A DNA stretch of 59,931 nucleotides, taken from contig JANMDK010000020.1 in the NCBI GenBank assembly GCA_031376265.1, positions 1-59,931 of the forward strand, written 5' to 3'. The DNA is from Pseudomonadota bacterium. GTDB taxonomy: Bacteria; Pseudomonadota; Gammaproteobacteria; Burkholderiales; SG8-39. The translations under genes and the position numbers were made by a program. This document shows, piece by piece, positions 1 through 9,735 of this stretch (positions are counted from its first letter, which is position 1; every line of letters begins with the position of its first letter). The notes beneath the pieces are model-generated. The model searched no databases and had not been told where the DNA came from. It saw only the letters and a program-made list of their open reading frames with translations.

Positions 1-578
1 CTGATTTCGCGCCGAAAACGATTGCGGAACTTGTGGCGGCGGCGAAAGCCAAACCCGGTTCGATCAACTTCGCTTCGGCCGGGCCCGGAACAGCACAGCA
101 CCTGACCGGAGAACTCTTCAAATCAAGGGCGGGGATCGATCTCGTCCACGTCCCGTACAAAGGCAGCGGACCGGGGATGACCGACCTGATGGGCGGCCAG
201 GTGCCGCTGATGGTGGACAGCCTGGCGTCCGCACTGCCGCATATTCGCTCCGGCAGGATTCGCATTATTGCGGTCACTACGGCGGAGCGTGTGCCTCAGT
301 TGCCCGAGGTTCCCACCATTGCCGAATCCGGGTACCCGGGGTTTGAAGGCAGCGGCTGGTCGGGATTCGTACTGCCTGCCGCCACGCCGCGCGAGATCGT
401 CGAGAAAATCAGTTCCGACACGCAGGCCGTGCTGCGCGAACCCGGCATCCGGGAGCGCTTCATCGAACGCGGCGGCATTCCCGATCCGCGCACTCCGCGG
501 CAGTACACGGAGTTCATTCGTGCCGAAATCGCCAAGTGGGGCGAAGTCGCCCGTGTCGCCCGCGTGAGGCTTGACTGA
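1..578 (+). CDS. Bug/TctC family tripartite tricarboxylate transporter substrate-binding protein (5' truncated by window start)
   Basis: Motifs FASAGPGTAQHL, HVPYKGSGP, DLMGGQV, LPEVPTIAESG and a C-terminal EIAKWGEV, typical of Bug proteins. Confidence 0.9.
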   Translation, partial: DFAPKTIAELVAAAKAKPGSINFASAGPGTAQHLTGELFKSRAGIDLVHVPYKGSGPGMTDLMGGQVPLMVDSLASALPHIRSGRIRIIAVTTAERVPQLPEVPTIAESGYPGFEGSGWSGFVLPAATPREIVEKISSDTQAVLREPGIRERFIERGGIPDPRTPRQYTEFIRAEIAKWGEVARVARVRLD

Positions 579-579
579 C

Positions 580-1266
580 ATGGCGCAGAGTCCGGCATTG
601 AAATCCCCGACGGAGTCGATGGTCGAGACAGCGTACCGGGCGATTCGCGCGAAGATCCTGGACAACGTCTGGGCCCCGGGATACCAGGCGCTTGAAGGCG
701 TTGTCGCGCTCGAACTCGGAATGAGCCGTACGCCGGTGCGCGAGGCGCTGGTCCGGCTGGCGAACGAAGGCCTCGTCGAGGTGATTCCGCGGCATGGCAT
801 GCGCGTACTGCCGGTCTCGCCGGCCGACATGCGCGAGATTTACGAGATCCTCACGAGCCTCGAATCGATGGCGGCCGAACTCGTGGCACGCGCGCGGCCG
901 GGCGCCGCCGCGCTGGCGCCGCTCGAGAAGGCTTCCCGCGACATGGCAAAGGCCCTGAAGCGCGACGATCTGGACGGATGGGCGGAAGCGGATGAGCGAT
1001 TCCATCGGCTCCTGGTCAACATGTGCGGCAACCTCCGGCTGGCCGGGATCGTCTTCAACTACTGGGATCGCGCGCACCGCGCACGAATGGTGACGCTCAG
1101 GATGCGGCCCAAGCCGCTCAATTCGACACGCGAGCACCTTGCCATCGTTGCAGCCATCCGAAGGGGCGATGCCGAGGAGGCCGGCGCGTTGTTCCGGGCG
1201 CATCGCGAACGCGCCAGCCGCGAATTGACCGAATTGCTGCAACGTCACCGGCTCAACCAACTGTGA
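580..1266 (+). CDS. GntR family (FCD) transcriptional regulator
   Basis: N-terminal wHTH with LGMSRTPVREALVRL; FCD-type DERFH; ATG at 580 (alternative TTG at 571). Confidence 0.9.
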   Translation: MAQSPALKSPTESMVETAYRAIRAKILDNVWAPGYQALEGVVALELGMSRTPVREALVRLANEGLVEVIPRHGMRVLPVSPADMREIYEILTSLESMAAELVARARPGAAALAPLEKASRDMAKALKRDDLDGWAEADERFHRLLVNMCGNLRLAGIVFNYWDRAHRARMVTLRMRPKPLNSTREHLAIVAAIRRGDAEEAGALFRAHRERASRELTELLQRHRLNQL

Positions 1267-2342
1267 ATACCACACATCAGATCTGCGTCCTCCCCGGAGA
1301 CGGCATCGGCGTCGAGGTCATCGACGCGGCGCTTGTATTGCTCGACAAGCTGCAGCAAGGCGCGGGATTCGAGCTGCGTTTTTCGACTCACGCGGCCGGT
1401 GCACTGCACTACAAATCGACAGGCGAAGCGCTTCCCGAAGCAACGTTCCAGGCGGCCAGGGCCGCGGATGCGATCCTGTTCGGCGCCATGGGCTGGCCGG
1501 AGATCCGCTATCCGGACGGCACCGAAATCGCGCCCCAGCTCGACCTGCGATTCCGCCTCGAGCTCTTCGCGGGTGTGCGGCCGGCGCGGATGATCCCGGG
1601 CGTGACGCCGATCCTTGCCGATCCGCGCGCAAAGGACATCGACCTGGTGTTGATCCGCGAATCGACCGAAGGGTTGTTTGCTTCGCGGGGCAAGGGCGTG
1701 GTGATCGACGACCGCGAGGCGCGCGACACCATGGTCATCACGCGTGCCGGATCGGAGCGGGTGCACGAATTCGCCTTCCGCCTTGCTGCAAGGCGAAAGA
1801 CGCGCGGCAAGCCGGGCCGGGTGACGTGTGTAGACAAGGCAAACGTATTCGTATCGATGGCGTTCTTCCGCAAGGTGTTCGATGAAGTGGCGTCGCGCCA
1901 TCCGGGGATCACGGCGGATCACCACTATGTGGACGCGACTGCCCTGGATCTGGTGCGCAAGCCATGGACCTTCGATGTCATGGTCACCGAGAACATGTAC
2001 GGCGACATCCTGTCCGACCAGGCGGCGGCGCTGATCGGCGGAATGGGCATGGCGCCCTCGGCGGACGTAGGCCCGGAGCATGGCCTGTTCCAGCCCTGCC
2101 ACGGCTCCGCGCCGGACATTGCGGGGCAGGGAAAAGCCAATCCGACCGCGACCATCCTTTCCGCGGCAATGATGCTCGACTGGCTGGCGGAGCGCTCGGG
2201 CAACGAGGCGCTGGCGATTGCGGCCGGCAAGCTCGAGCGCGCCGTCGACGCGGTGTTCGCTTCCGGGCGCGTGCGCCCCTACGAACTCGGTGGCAAGGAC
2301 GGCACGGCGGCAATCCGCGACGCGGTCCTTTCCAATCTCTAG
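1263..2342 (+). CDS. Isocitrate/isopropylmalate/tartrate dehydrogenase family protein
   Basis: GTG overlaps the upstream stop; LPGDGIGVEV, RESTEG, VDKANV, ENMYGDILSD, HGSAPDIAGQGKANP. Confidence 0.9.
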   Translation: MNTTHQICVLPGDGIGVEVIDAALVLLDKLQQGAGFELRFSTHAAGALHYKSTGEALPEATFQAARAADAILFGAMGWPEIRYPDGTEIAPQLDLRFRLELFAGVRPARMIPGVTPILADPRAKDIDLVLIRESTEGLFASRGKGVVIDDREARDTMVITRAGSERVHEFAFRLAARRKTRGKPGRVTCVDKANVFVSMAFFRKVFDEVASRHPGITADHHYVDATALDLVRKPWTFDVMVTENMYGDILSDQAAALIGGMGMAPSADVGPEHGLFQPCHGSAPDIAGQGKANPTATILSAAMMLDWLAERSGNEALAIAAGKLERAVDAVFASGRVRPYELGGKDGTAAIRDAVLSNL

Positions 2343-2344
2343 CC

Positions 2345-3388
2345 ATGAAGAAGCTGCGCGTTGCGGTTGCGGGCGCCGGATACTTCTGCCAGTTCCAGCT
2401 CGATGGCTGGCGGCGGATTGCGGGCATCGAGATCGTCGCGATCTGCAATCGCGATGTGGCGAAGGCGCAGGCGCTGGCGGCACGCTTCGGCATCCCGAAG
2501 GTGTTTGGCTCGGTCGCCTCGATGCTCGAGGGCTGCGAGGCCGATATCCTGGATATCGTGACGCCTCCGGCCACGCACCGTGAGTACGTTGGGGAGGCCG
2601 CCCGCCGCGGCATTGCGACGATCTGCCAGAAGCCGTTCGGCAACACTCATGCCGAAGCGCTGGCCGTCGCGGGAGTCGCTGAGGCCGCGGGAATTCCACT
2701 AGCCGTCCACGAGAACTTCCGCTTCATGCCGCATTTCCGCGAGATGAAGCGCCTGCTGGATGAAGGGCGCTTCGGCGACGTGCACTCGATCTCCTTCCGG
2801 CTGCGCCCCGGGGACGGCCAGGGACCGGACGCGTATCTGGCCCGCCAGGGCTACTTCCAGGGCATGCCGCGTTTTCTCGTCTTCGAGACCGCGATCCACC
2901 TGATCGACACTTTCCGCTTCCTTGTGGGCGAAGTGAGCGCCGTGACTGCCCGCCTGCGCCGTATCAACCCGGTCATTGCCGGCGAAGATGCAGGCTACAT
3001 CGTGTTCGAGTTCTCCAACGGCGCCACCGGCCTGTTCGATGGCAACCGGCTGAACGACCACGTCGCGGCGAACCCCCGCCGCACGATGGGCGAATGCTGG
3101 CTCGAGGGATCGGGCGGCGTGATGCGGCTTGATGGCGACGCGCGCCTGTGGTGGAAGCCGCACCAGAAGGACGAGACCGAACACCATTACGACCGCGGCC
3201 GCGACGACACGTTCGGCGGCGGCGCGTGCGACGCGCTGCAGGCGCATTTTGCGCGCCACTTGCGCGAGGGTGCGCCGCTGGAGAACAGCGGCGCGGCTTA
3301 CCTCGCAAACATGCTCATTCAGGAAGCGGTCTATGCCTCGCATGCAGAAGGCCGCCGCATCGAAATTGCCGCGCTCAAGCCGCAGTAG
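2345..3388 (+). CDS. Gfo/Idh/MocA family oxidoreductase
   Basis: Rossmann VAVAGAGYF, CQKP, HENFRF, IHLID. Confidence 0.85.
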   Translation: MKKLRVAVAGAGYFCQFQLDGWRRIAGIEIVAICNRDVAKAQALAARFGIPKVFGSVASMLEGCEADILDIVTPPATHREYVGEAARRGIATICQKPFGNTHAEALAVAGVAEAAGIPLAVHENFRFMPHFREMKRLLDEGRFGDVHSISFRLRPGDGQGPDAYLARQGYFQGMPRFLVFETAIHLIDTFRFLVGEVSAVTARLRRINPVIAGEDAGYIVFEFSNGATGLFDGNRLNDHVAANPRRTMGECWLEGSGGVMRLDGDARLWWKPHQKDETEHHYDRGRDDTFGGGACDALQAHFARHLREGAPLENSGAAYLANMLIQEAVYASHAEGRRIEIAALKPQ

Positions 3389-3464
3389 CCGCAAACAGGA
3401 GGATTGACCGTGCTACGCAGGACATCCGTGGCTAACCCGCATCCTTCCCAGCCTGATCCTCTGA

Positions 3465-4712
3465 ATGCTGCTCGGCTGCATCGCTGACGACCTCACTGGC
3501 GCAACTGACGTAGCGCTGATGCTGCAGAGCGCGGGCATGCGCACCGTGCAGGCGATCGGCGTTCCGGCGGCCGGCGCTACGCTGGACGCCGCAGACGCCG
3601 TTGTCATCGCGCTCAAGTCGCGCACGATCCCTGCCGGGGAAGCGGTTGGCGAGTCACTCGCTGCGCTCGAGTGGCTGCGCTCGCGTGGCGCACGGCAGAT
3701 CCTGTTCAAGTATTGCTCGACCTTCGATTCCACCGATGCCGGCAATATCGGCCCGGTGGCCGATGCCTTGCTCGATGCCACGGGCAGCCGTTTCACCGTG
3801 GTTTGCCCGGCGTTTCCGACCAACAAGCGCACGATTTACATGGGCCACCTGTTCGTCGGCGAGCAGCTGCTGTCCGATTCGCCAATGAAGGATCACCCGC
3901 TTACCCCGATGCACGACGCGAACCTCTTGCGCGTGCTCGCGAGGCAGACGTCAAGACGGGTCGGCCTGGTGCCGCTGGCGACCGTACGGCAGGGAGAATC
4001 GGCTCTGCGCGAGGCATTCTCGCTCTTGCGGGATACGCATCACGCCTATGCGATCGTCGATGCGGTGTCGGACGATGACCTTCTCGCGCTGGGCGCCGCC
4101 TGCTCGGACATGCCGCTGGTCACCGGCGGGTCCGGAATTGCGATGGGCCTTCCGGGAAACTTCGGTTGCCGCGCTGGGGCTGCCACCGGGTTTCCCCGTG
4201 TCGAAGGTCGAGCGGCCGTGATTTCGGGCAGTTGCTCGGCGCAGACCAACGCCCAGGTGGCCGAATGGAAGTCATCCCGACCGGCTTTCCGTATCGATCC
4301 TCTGCGCTTGGCCGACGGTGAGGACCTTGCCGGGAAGGCGCTCGAATGGGTTGCCTCACTATCGGCGGACGAGCCGTTCCTGGTTTATGCGAGCGCGGCG
4401 CCTGACGACGTGCGCGCTGCGCAAAGCCGGATTGGCGCAGCCAAGGCGGGCGAACTGGTCGAGCGATGTCTTGCACGAGTGGCGCAGGGCCTTGTCGCCG
4501 CGGGGGTACGCAAGCTGGTCGTCGCGGGCGGTGAAACTTCGGGCGCGGTGGTCAAGGCGCTCGGTGTGCAGTTATTGCGTATCGGTCCGCGGATCGATCC
4601 CGGCGTGCCATGGACGCTATCCGCAGGCGATCCCCCGATAGCCTTGGCCCTCAAATCGGGTAACTTCGGCAGCATCGACTTTTTTGCCAAGGCGCTGGAG
4701 ATGGTGCGATGA
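3465..4712 (+). CDS. otnK: 3-oxo-tetronate kinase (four-carbon acid sugar kinase family)
   Basis: GCIADDLTGATD, FKYCSTFDST, GNIGPV, AGGETSG, LKSGNFG; adjacent to otnC. Confidence 0.85.
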   Translation: MLLGCIADDLTGATDVALMLQSAGMRTVQAIGVPAAGATLDAADAVVIALKSRTIPAGEAVGESLAALEWLRSRGARQILFKYCSTFDSTDAGNIGPVADALLDATGSRFTVVCPAFPTNKRTIYMGHLFVGEQLLSDSPMKDHPLTPMHDANLLRVLARQTSRRVGLVPLATVRQGESALREAFSLLRDTHHAYAIVDAVSDDDLLALGAACSDMPLVTGGSGIAMGLPGNFGCRAGAATGFPRVEGRAAVISGSCSAQTNAQVAEWKSSRPAFRIDPLRLADGEDLAGKALEWVASLSADEPFLVYASAAPDDVRAAQSRIGAAKAGELVERCLARVAQGLVAAGVRKLVVAGGETSGAVVKALGVQLLRIGPRIDPGVPWTLSAGDPPIALALKSGNFGSIDFFAKALEMVR

Positions 4713-5341
4713 GCGAATCGAAACTGCGCGAAGACATTTGCCGGCTCGGCACATCGATCTACGAGCGCGGCCTGACCCACGGCTCGACCGGAAACATCAG
4801 CCAGAAATTGGACGATGGCTGGTTGCTTACGCCGACCGGTTCGAACCTGGGCCGCCTGGACCCGGCGCGGCTGTCGAAACTGGACTGGAAAGGCAACCTC
4901 GTTTCCGGCGACGCGCCTTCGAAAGAGGCGTTTCTGCACCTGGCCATGTACGAAGAGCGCGAAAAGAACGCAGCCGTCGTACATCTGCATTCGACCCATT
5001 CGGTCGCGGTTTCCGTGCTGGAGGATGTGAATCCCCTGGAGGTTCTTCCGCCGCTGACTGCCTACTTTGTGATGCGCATCGGCAGCCTGCCGCTGGTGCC
5101 TTACTTCGCGCCGGGCGACATCGCGCTCGCCCAGGCGGTGCGCGGGTTCGCGGGCAAGCACCATGCCGTGCTGCTCGCCAACCACGGACCGGTGGTCGCG
5201 GGCTCTTCGCTGTCGGCTGCCGCCGACGCGGTCGAGGAACTCGAGGCGACCGCGAAGCTCTATCTCCTTTTGCGTCACGAGAAAGTTCGCTGCCTCACGC
5301 CCGCGCAGGTCGCCGACCTGCGCAGGAAACATCCCGTCTGA
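4709..5341 (+). CDS. otnC: 3-oxo-tetronate 4-phosphate decarboxylase (class II aldolase family)
   Basis: GSTGNIS, PSKEAFLH, VVHLHSTH, LLANHGPV, EELEATAKL; ATGA overlap with otnK. Confidence 0.85.
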   Translation: MSESKLREDICRLGTSIYERGLTHGSTGNISQKLDDGWLLTPTGSNLGRLDPARLSKLDWKGNLVSGDAPSKEAFLHLAMYEEREKNAAVVHLHSTHSVAVSVLEDVNPLEVLPPLTAYFVMRIGSLPLVPYFAPGDIALAQAVRGFAGKHHAVLLANHGPVVAGSSLSAAADAVEELEATAKLYLLLRHEKVRCLTPAQVADLRRKHPV

Positions 5342-5350
5342 GAGGATCCC

Positions 5351-5644
5351 ATGTACGTAGTCACCGTCGATTTTCGAATCAAGCCGGAGTTCACCGCGGT
5401 GTTTCGCGAACGCATGATCGCAAACGCGCGGGCGAGCCGTGAGCGCGAACCCGGGTGCTTTCAATTCGATGTGTGCACCGATCCGGGCAATCCGGAATGC
5501 ATCTATCTATATGAGGTCTATACCGATCGCGCCGCATTCGATGTCCACCTGGATTCGGAGCACTTCAAGTCGTTCGATCGTGAAGTGACGACTTGGGTGG
5601 CCGCAAAAACCGTCCACGCGTACGCGCGCCTCGATCCGCGGTGA
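5351..5644 (+). CDS. ABM/putative quinol monooxygenase family protein (LsrG-like)
   Basis: 97 aa; EPGCFQFDV, LYEVY, AFDVHLDSEHF. Confidence 0.8.
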   Translation: MYVVTVDFRIKPEFTAVFRERMIANARASREREPGCFQFDVCTDPGNPECIYLYEVYTDRAAFDVHLDSEHFKSFDREVTTWVAAKTVHAYARLDPR

Positions 5645-5720
5645 ACATAGGCCGGGCGGCCTGATAAGGCACCCGGCCTCTGAGTCGCGCGCAGTGACGA
5701 ACGCAGTGAAGCGCGCGCTC

Positions 5721-5785
5721 TAAAAGGGGCCAGGCTCAAACCTGACGTCGCAGGCGCTTGTCAGGTTTGAGCCTGGCCCCTTTTA
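5721..5785. repeat. Perfect 26-bp inverted repeat with 13-nt loop between convergent genes (bidirectional terminator or REP-like element)
   Basis: TAAAAGGGGCCAGGCTCAAACCTGAC (5721-5746) is the exact reverse complement of 5760-5785. Confidence 0.9.
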
Positions 5786-6244
5786 AGCCTTCCACATCCG
5801 CGTGTCGTACTTGTAGGCCTTCGATGACACCGCACGAACGAGCTTGAAATCTGCATGCGCCGGATTGATCAGCACATTGTGTTCGCCTCGCGTGAGCGCT
5901 GAAGGCACCCGCAACGCGGCCGACCGGTAGCTTTTCAGCCATTCGGTGCCGACGTCCGCGGCGGCCGAGCCTGGCGGCGTTTCATCCCAGTTCCGGGGCA
6001 GCGATCCCGGCCGCAGGTCTTCGACGAGCGCATCCGGCAATTCGATTTCGATAGCCACCAGCTCGATGGCCTTGTGGAGCACTTCGAAATGGACGAAGAA
6101 CTCGAGACTGGCGAGCGACAGAGTCTGGGCGCAGTACACGATCCGGGATCCTTTGTGATGCCACCGCCCGCCGACGATCAGCCCTCCGGTGCCTCCCAGC
6201 GGATCGTGCGCGTATTTCTTCTTTGCCAGCCGGTGGACGACCAT
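5783..6244 (-). CDS. RES domain toxin (NAD+ phosphorylase family)
   Basis: GGRWH, YCAQTLSLASLE, VPSA, NVLINPAH; downstream of an Xre/MbcA-type gene. Confidence 0.88.
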   Translation of the reverse strand: MVVHRLAKKKYAHDPLGGTGGLIVGGRWHHKGSRIVYCAQTLSLASLEFFVHFEVLHKAIELVAIEIELPDALVEDLRPGSLPRNWDETPPGSAAADVGTEWLKSYRSAALRVPSALTRGEHNVLINPAHADFKLVRAVSSKAYKYDTRMWKA

Positions 6245-6687
6245 CAGGCCAGATAGCCGTGTTCCATTCGCAGCAGGACCTCCTCCACCTGCTTTGCACC
6301 GATATCGGTGCGCAGGAGCTCCTGTGGAATCTCATTGCCGAGGGAAGATTGCGACTTTGAAAGCCACGCCCTTGAATTCTCCGCGTCCTCGAGGACTTCT
6401 TCAGCCAGCCCCATGATCTTCGCGGTGCGCACCAGCCGGTCGGAATACACCGGGTCGAGCAGCTTGTCGGGGTCGTCCTGCCACCGGATGAACGTCTTCT
6501 CGCTCACACCGAGCGCGTTGCTCATGTGGATGTTGCTCAGGCCGGTATGCTGCTTGAAATAGATGACGCAGCCTACCGGGAGGCCGGATACGATCGAATC
6601 GTGCAGGTCGATTGGGGATTTCCACGCGGCTTTTCCGACGACTTTTCTTCCGCCAAGGTGCCGAAAGATCCAGGATAGCTCGCTCAT
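6244..6687 (-). CDS. Xre/MbcA/ParS-type antitoxin
   Basis: HTH (ALGVSEKTFIRW), SDRLVR, and a C-terminal toxin-binding domain (AWLSKSQSSLGNEIPQELL...GAKQVEEVLLRMEHG). Confidence 0.88.
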   Translation of the reverse strand: MSELSWIFRHLGGRKVVGKAAWKSPIDLHDSIVSGLPVGCVIYFKQHTGLSNIHMSNALGVSEKTFIRWQDDPDKLLDPVYSDRLVRTAKIMGLAEEVLEDAENSRAWLSKSQSSLGNEIPQELLRTDIGAKQVEEVLLRMEHGYLA

Positions 6688-6702
6688 GGGGTTCCCAATG
6701 TA

Positions 6703-6744
6703 GACATTTGTCAGTATTATGACTGAACTTTGTATTGCAAGCAA
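6703..6744 (-). promoter_or_regulatory. Sigma70-type promoter and palindromic operator of the RES-Xre operon
   Basis: Minus strand TTGCTT-N17-CATAAT, followed by the palindrome GACAAATGTC (6703-6712). Confidence 0.55.
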
Positions 6745-6776
6745 GCCCGACCCGGCCTCCATCCAGGAATGCCCGA

Positions 6777-8909
6777 ATGATCAATCCCCAAGCCCCGACC
6801 GAAAATTTCCTCTCCATCTACCGCCAGGGCTTCGTGCGCGTCGCGGCGTGCAGGCCTCGATGCCGCGTCGCCGACCCGGCCTACAACCTCGAGCACACGC
6901 TCGAACTCGCCCGCGAAGGCCACGACCGCTCGATCGCGCTCATGGTGTTCCCGGAGCTCGGGCTTTCTGGCTACGCGATCGACGATCTTGTCCTCCAGGC
7001 TGCGTTGCTCGACGCGGTGGAGGCGAGGCTCGGCGAGCTGGTCGAGGCTAGCCGCGCGCTGAGCCCAGTGCTTTTGGTCGGCGCGCCGCTCCGGCGCGAA
7101 GGCCGCCTCTACAACTGCGCCGTCGCGATCCATCGCGGGCGCCTCCTCGGCGTCGTCCCAAAGGGCCACCTGCCGAACTATCGCGAGTTCTACGAGAAGC
7201 GCTGGTTCGCCTCCGGGCGCGACATGAAAGGCGAGATCGCCGTCAACGGTGACGCGGTGCCTTTCGGCATGGACCTGCTTTTCGAGGCGAAGGACGTCGA
7301 GGGGTTCATCTTTCACGCGGAGATCTGCGAAGACCTCTGGGCGCCGGCGCCGCCGAGCGATTTCGCGGCGCTTGCAGGCGCGCTCATCCTCACCAACTTG
7401 TCGGCCAGCAACATCGTCATCGGCAAGGCGCAGTCGCGACGAGTGCTGTGCGAAGTCCAGTCGGCGCGCTGCTGGGCGGCGTATGTTTACTCCGCCGCTG
7501 GTTACGGCGAATCCACCACCGATCTCGCGTGGGACGGCCAGACCTGCATCTACGAGCTCGGCGCCTGCCTGGCGGAGACCGACCGGTTCTCGCTCCATTC
7601 CGCGATGGCGGTGGCCGACATCGACGTCGAGCGCCTGCAGCTCGAGCGCATGCGCACCGGGACGTTCAACGAAGCCGCAATAGCCAATCAGATGCCGGAC
7701 CGGCGCTTCCGCCGCATCGCGTTCGCTTTCGAGCCGCCTGCAGGCAATGTCGGCTTCGAGCGCAGCCTCGACCGCTTCCCGTTCGTGCCGGACGATCCGG
7801 CGCTGCTCGACCAGGATTGCTACGAGGCGTTCAACATCCAGGTGATCGGCCTCTCGCAGCGATTGCAGTCCACCGGCGGCGAGCGCATCTGCATCGGTGT
7901 TTCCGGCGGCCTCGATTCCGCGCATGCGCTGATCGTCGCCGCGCGCGCCTTCGACCTGCTCGGCCGCCCGCGCTCGGAGATTCTCGGCTTCACCATGCCG
8001 GGCTTCGCCACGAGCGAGCGCACCAAGGCGAATGCGCATGCGCTCATGCGGGGCCTCGGCATCACGGTCGAGGAGATCGACATCCGGCCGCTCGCCACGC
8101 AGATGCTCAAGGATCTGGGCCATCCCGCGGGCGACGGCGCGCCGGTCTACGATGTGACCTTCGAGAATGTGCAGGCGGGCCTGCGCACCGACCTGCTGTT
8201 CCGCGCCGGCAACCAGCGGCAGGGGTTCGTGCTCGGCACCGGCAACCTCTCGGAGCTCGCGCTCGGCTGGTGCACCTACGGCGTAGGCGACCACATGAGC
8301 CACTACAACGTCAACGCCGCGGTCCCGAAGACGCTGATCCAGCACCTGATCCGCTGGACTGCGCGCAGCAGCCTTTTCGACGAGAAGGTCAACGCGGTGC
8401 TGCTCGACATCCTCGGCACGACGATCTCGCCGGAGCTCATTCCCCAGTCGGACGACGGCGAGATGCAGAGCACCGAGAGCAAGATCGGCCCCTACGAGCT
8501 GCACGACTTCTGGATTTTTTACCTCACGCGCTTCGGCCTGCGCCCCTCGAAGATCGCCTTCCTGGCGCTGCATGCGTGGCACGACGCCGCGACAGGCGCC
8601 TGGCCGCCGGGCTTCCCGGAGGACCAGCGTCGCGCCTACGACATCAAGACCATCCGCCACTGGTTCAGCGAATTCCTGCAGCGTTTTTTCAGGAACCAGT
8701 TCAAGCGCTCGGCACTGCCGAACGGCCCCAAGGTCACCACGGGCGGGTCCCTCTCGCCGCGCGGCGACTGGCGGGCGCCCTCGGACGCCGACGGCAAGCT
8801 CTGGCTCGAGGAATTGCTGGCGAATGTCCCGGAAGCGATGGAGGCGAGTGCAATTGCACCTGATGACGCAGCAGAGGGGCGGCCCCGGCCGGCGCCCCTC
8901 AAGAGGTGA
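6777..8909 (+). CDS. nadE: Glutamine-dependent NAD(+) synthetase
   Basis: Nitrilase-like N-terminus ([21 protein letters not shown]) plus synthetase domain ([28 protein letters not shown]). Confidence 0.95.
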   Translation: MINPQAPTENFLSIYRQGFVRVAACRPRCRVADPAYNLEHTLELAREGHDRSIALMVFPELGLSGYAIDDLVLQAALLDAVEARLGELVEASRALSPVLLVGAPLRREGRLYNCAVAIHRGRLLGVVPKGHLPNYREFYEKRWFASGRDMKGEIAVNGDAVPFGMDLLFEAKDVEGFIFHAEICEDLWAPAPPSDFAALAGALILTNLSASNIVIGKAQSRRVLCEVQSARCWAAYVYSAAGYGESTTDLAWDGQTCIYELGACLAETDRFSLHSAMAVADIDVERLQLERMRTGTFNEAAIANQMPDRRFRRIAFAFEPPAGNVGFERSLDRFPFVPDDPALLDQDCYEAFNIQVIGLSQRLQSTGGERICIGVSGGLDSAHALIVAARAFDLLGRPRSEILGFTMPGFATSERTKANAHALMRGLGITVEEIDIRPLATQMLKDLGHPAGDGAPVYDVTFENVQAGLRTDLLFRAGNQRQGFVLGTGNLSELALGWCTYGVGDHMSHYNVNAAVPKTLIQHLIRWTARSSLFDEKVNAVLLDILGTTISPELIPQSDDGEMQSTESKIGPYELHDFWIFYLTRFGLRPSKIAFLALHAWHDAATGAWPPGFPEDQRRAYDIKTIRHWFSEFLQRFFRNQFKRSALPNGPKVTTGGSLSPRGDWRAPSDADGKLWLEELLANVPEAMEASAIAPDDAAEGRPRPAPLKR

Positions 8910-8928
8910 TCTCGCTATACTTTGGCGA

Positions 8929-9282
8929 ATGAAGCCCTTTATCTTCGCCGCAGCGGCACTCCTCGCGTCCGGCAACCTCGCGGCGCAGACGTACAAGTGC
9001 GTCGACGCGAAGGGCAAGGTCACCTATACCGGCAGCAAGTGCGGCGACCTGAAGCTCAAGGATGCCGGCGAGGTCAAGGAGAGAGTGCAGTACGGGCCTG
9101 GGGATACCGCAGCGGCAAGAGCGGCTCGAACGCCGGCCAAGCCCCCGGCGAACGCACCGGCCTCCACAGCAGAGGCGCCGCCCGCTGCGCCGCCAAAGGC
9201 CGAGGGCGACGACCGCCGCTGCTTCACGGTAAAGACCGCCAAGGGCACGGCCACGCGCTGCGGCGACAAGCAGGACGACTAA
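8929..9282 (+). CDS. DUF4124-like secreted protein
   Basis: Signal peptide followed by AQTYKCVDAKGKVTYT and a Pro/Ala-rich linker. Confidence 0.75.
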   Translation: MKPFIFAAAALLASGNLAAQTYKCVDAKGKVTYTGSKCGDLKLKDAGEVKERVQYGPGDTAAARAARTPAKPPANAPASTAEAPPAAPPKAEGDDRRCFTVKTAKGTATRCGDKQDD

Positions 9283-9290
9283 GGGTCGCG

Positions 9291-9731
9291 ATGGACGAAT
9301 TCTCCTGGACCGACGACTACCTGCTCGGCTACGGCGCGATGGACGACACGCATCGCGAGTTCGTCACCATCGTGAACGACCTCCTCGGCTGCGACGACTC
9401 CGCGGTCGCAGGCCACCTGCAGGCGTTTGCGCAGCATGCCGAGAAGCATTTCAGGGAAGAGGACGGCTGGATGGAGCGCACCGGCTTTCCGCCGCGCGAG
9501 TGCCACGTCGACGAGCATGCCGCGGTGCTCAAGTCCGTCCACCAAGTGCTGGAAGTCGTCAGGCAAGGCGATTTCGCCGAAGGCCGGCGCCTGGCGGCGG
9601 CGCTCAAGGACTGGTTCCCGGGACACGCCTTTCACCTCGATTCGGCGCTGGCGCAATGGATGGTCAAGCAGAGCCACGGCGGCAAGCCCGTGGTGATCCG
9701 GCGCAACGTCGTGCCGCGGGAAAAGGGCTAG
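9291..9731 (+). CDS. Bacteriohemerythrin-like protein
   Basis: W...LG...MDDTHREF, HFREE, HVDEH, H...LD di-iron ligand pattern. Confidence 0.85.
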   Translation: MDEFSWTDDYLLGYGAMDDTHREFVTIVNDLLGCDDSAVAGHLQAFAQHAEKHFREEDGWMERTGFPPRECHVDEHAAVLKSVHQVLEVVRQGDFAEGRRLAAALKDWFPGHAFHLDSALAQWMVKQSHGGKPVVIRRNVVPREKG

Positions 9732-9735
9732 GGCA

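Noticed and set aside
6717-9023. Long antisense ORFs (this one, 32458-34623, 51372-53000 and others)
   Set aside because: Stop-poor shadow frames expected opposite real genes in high-GC DNA; no recognisable motifs
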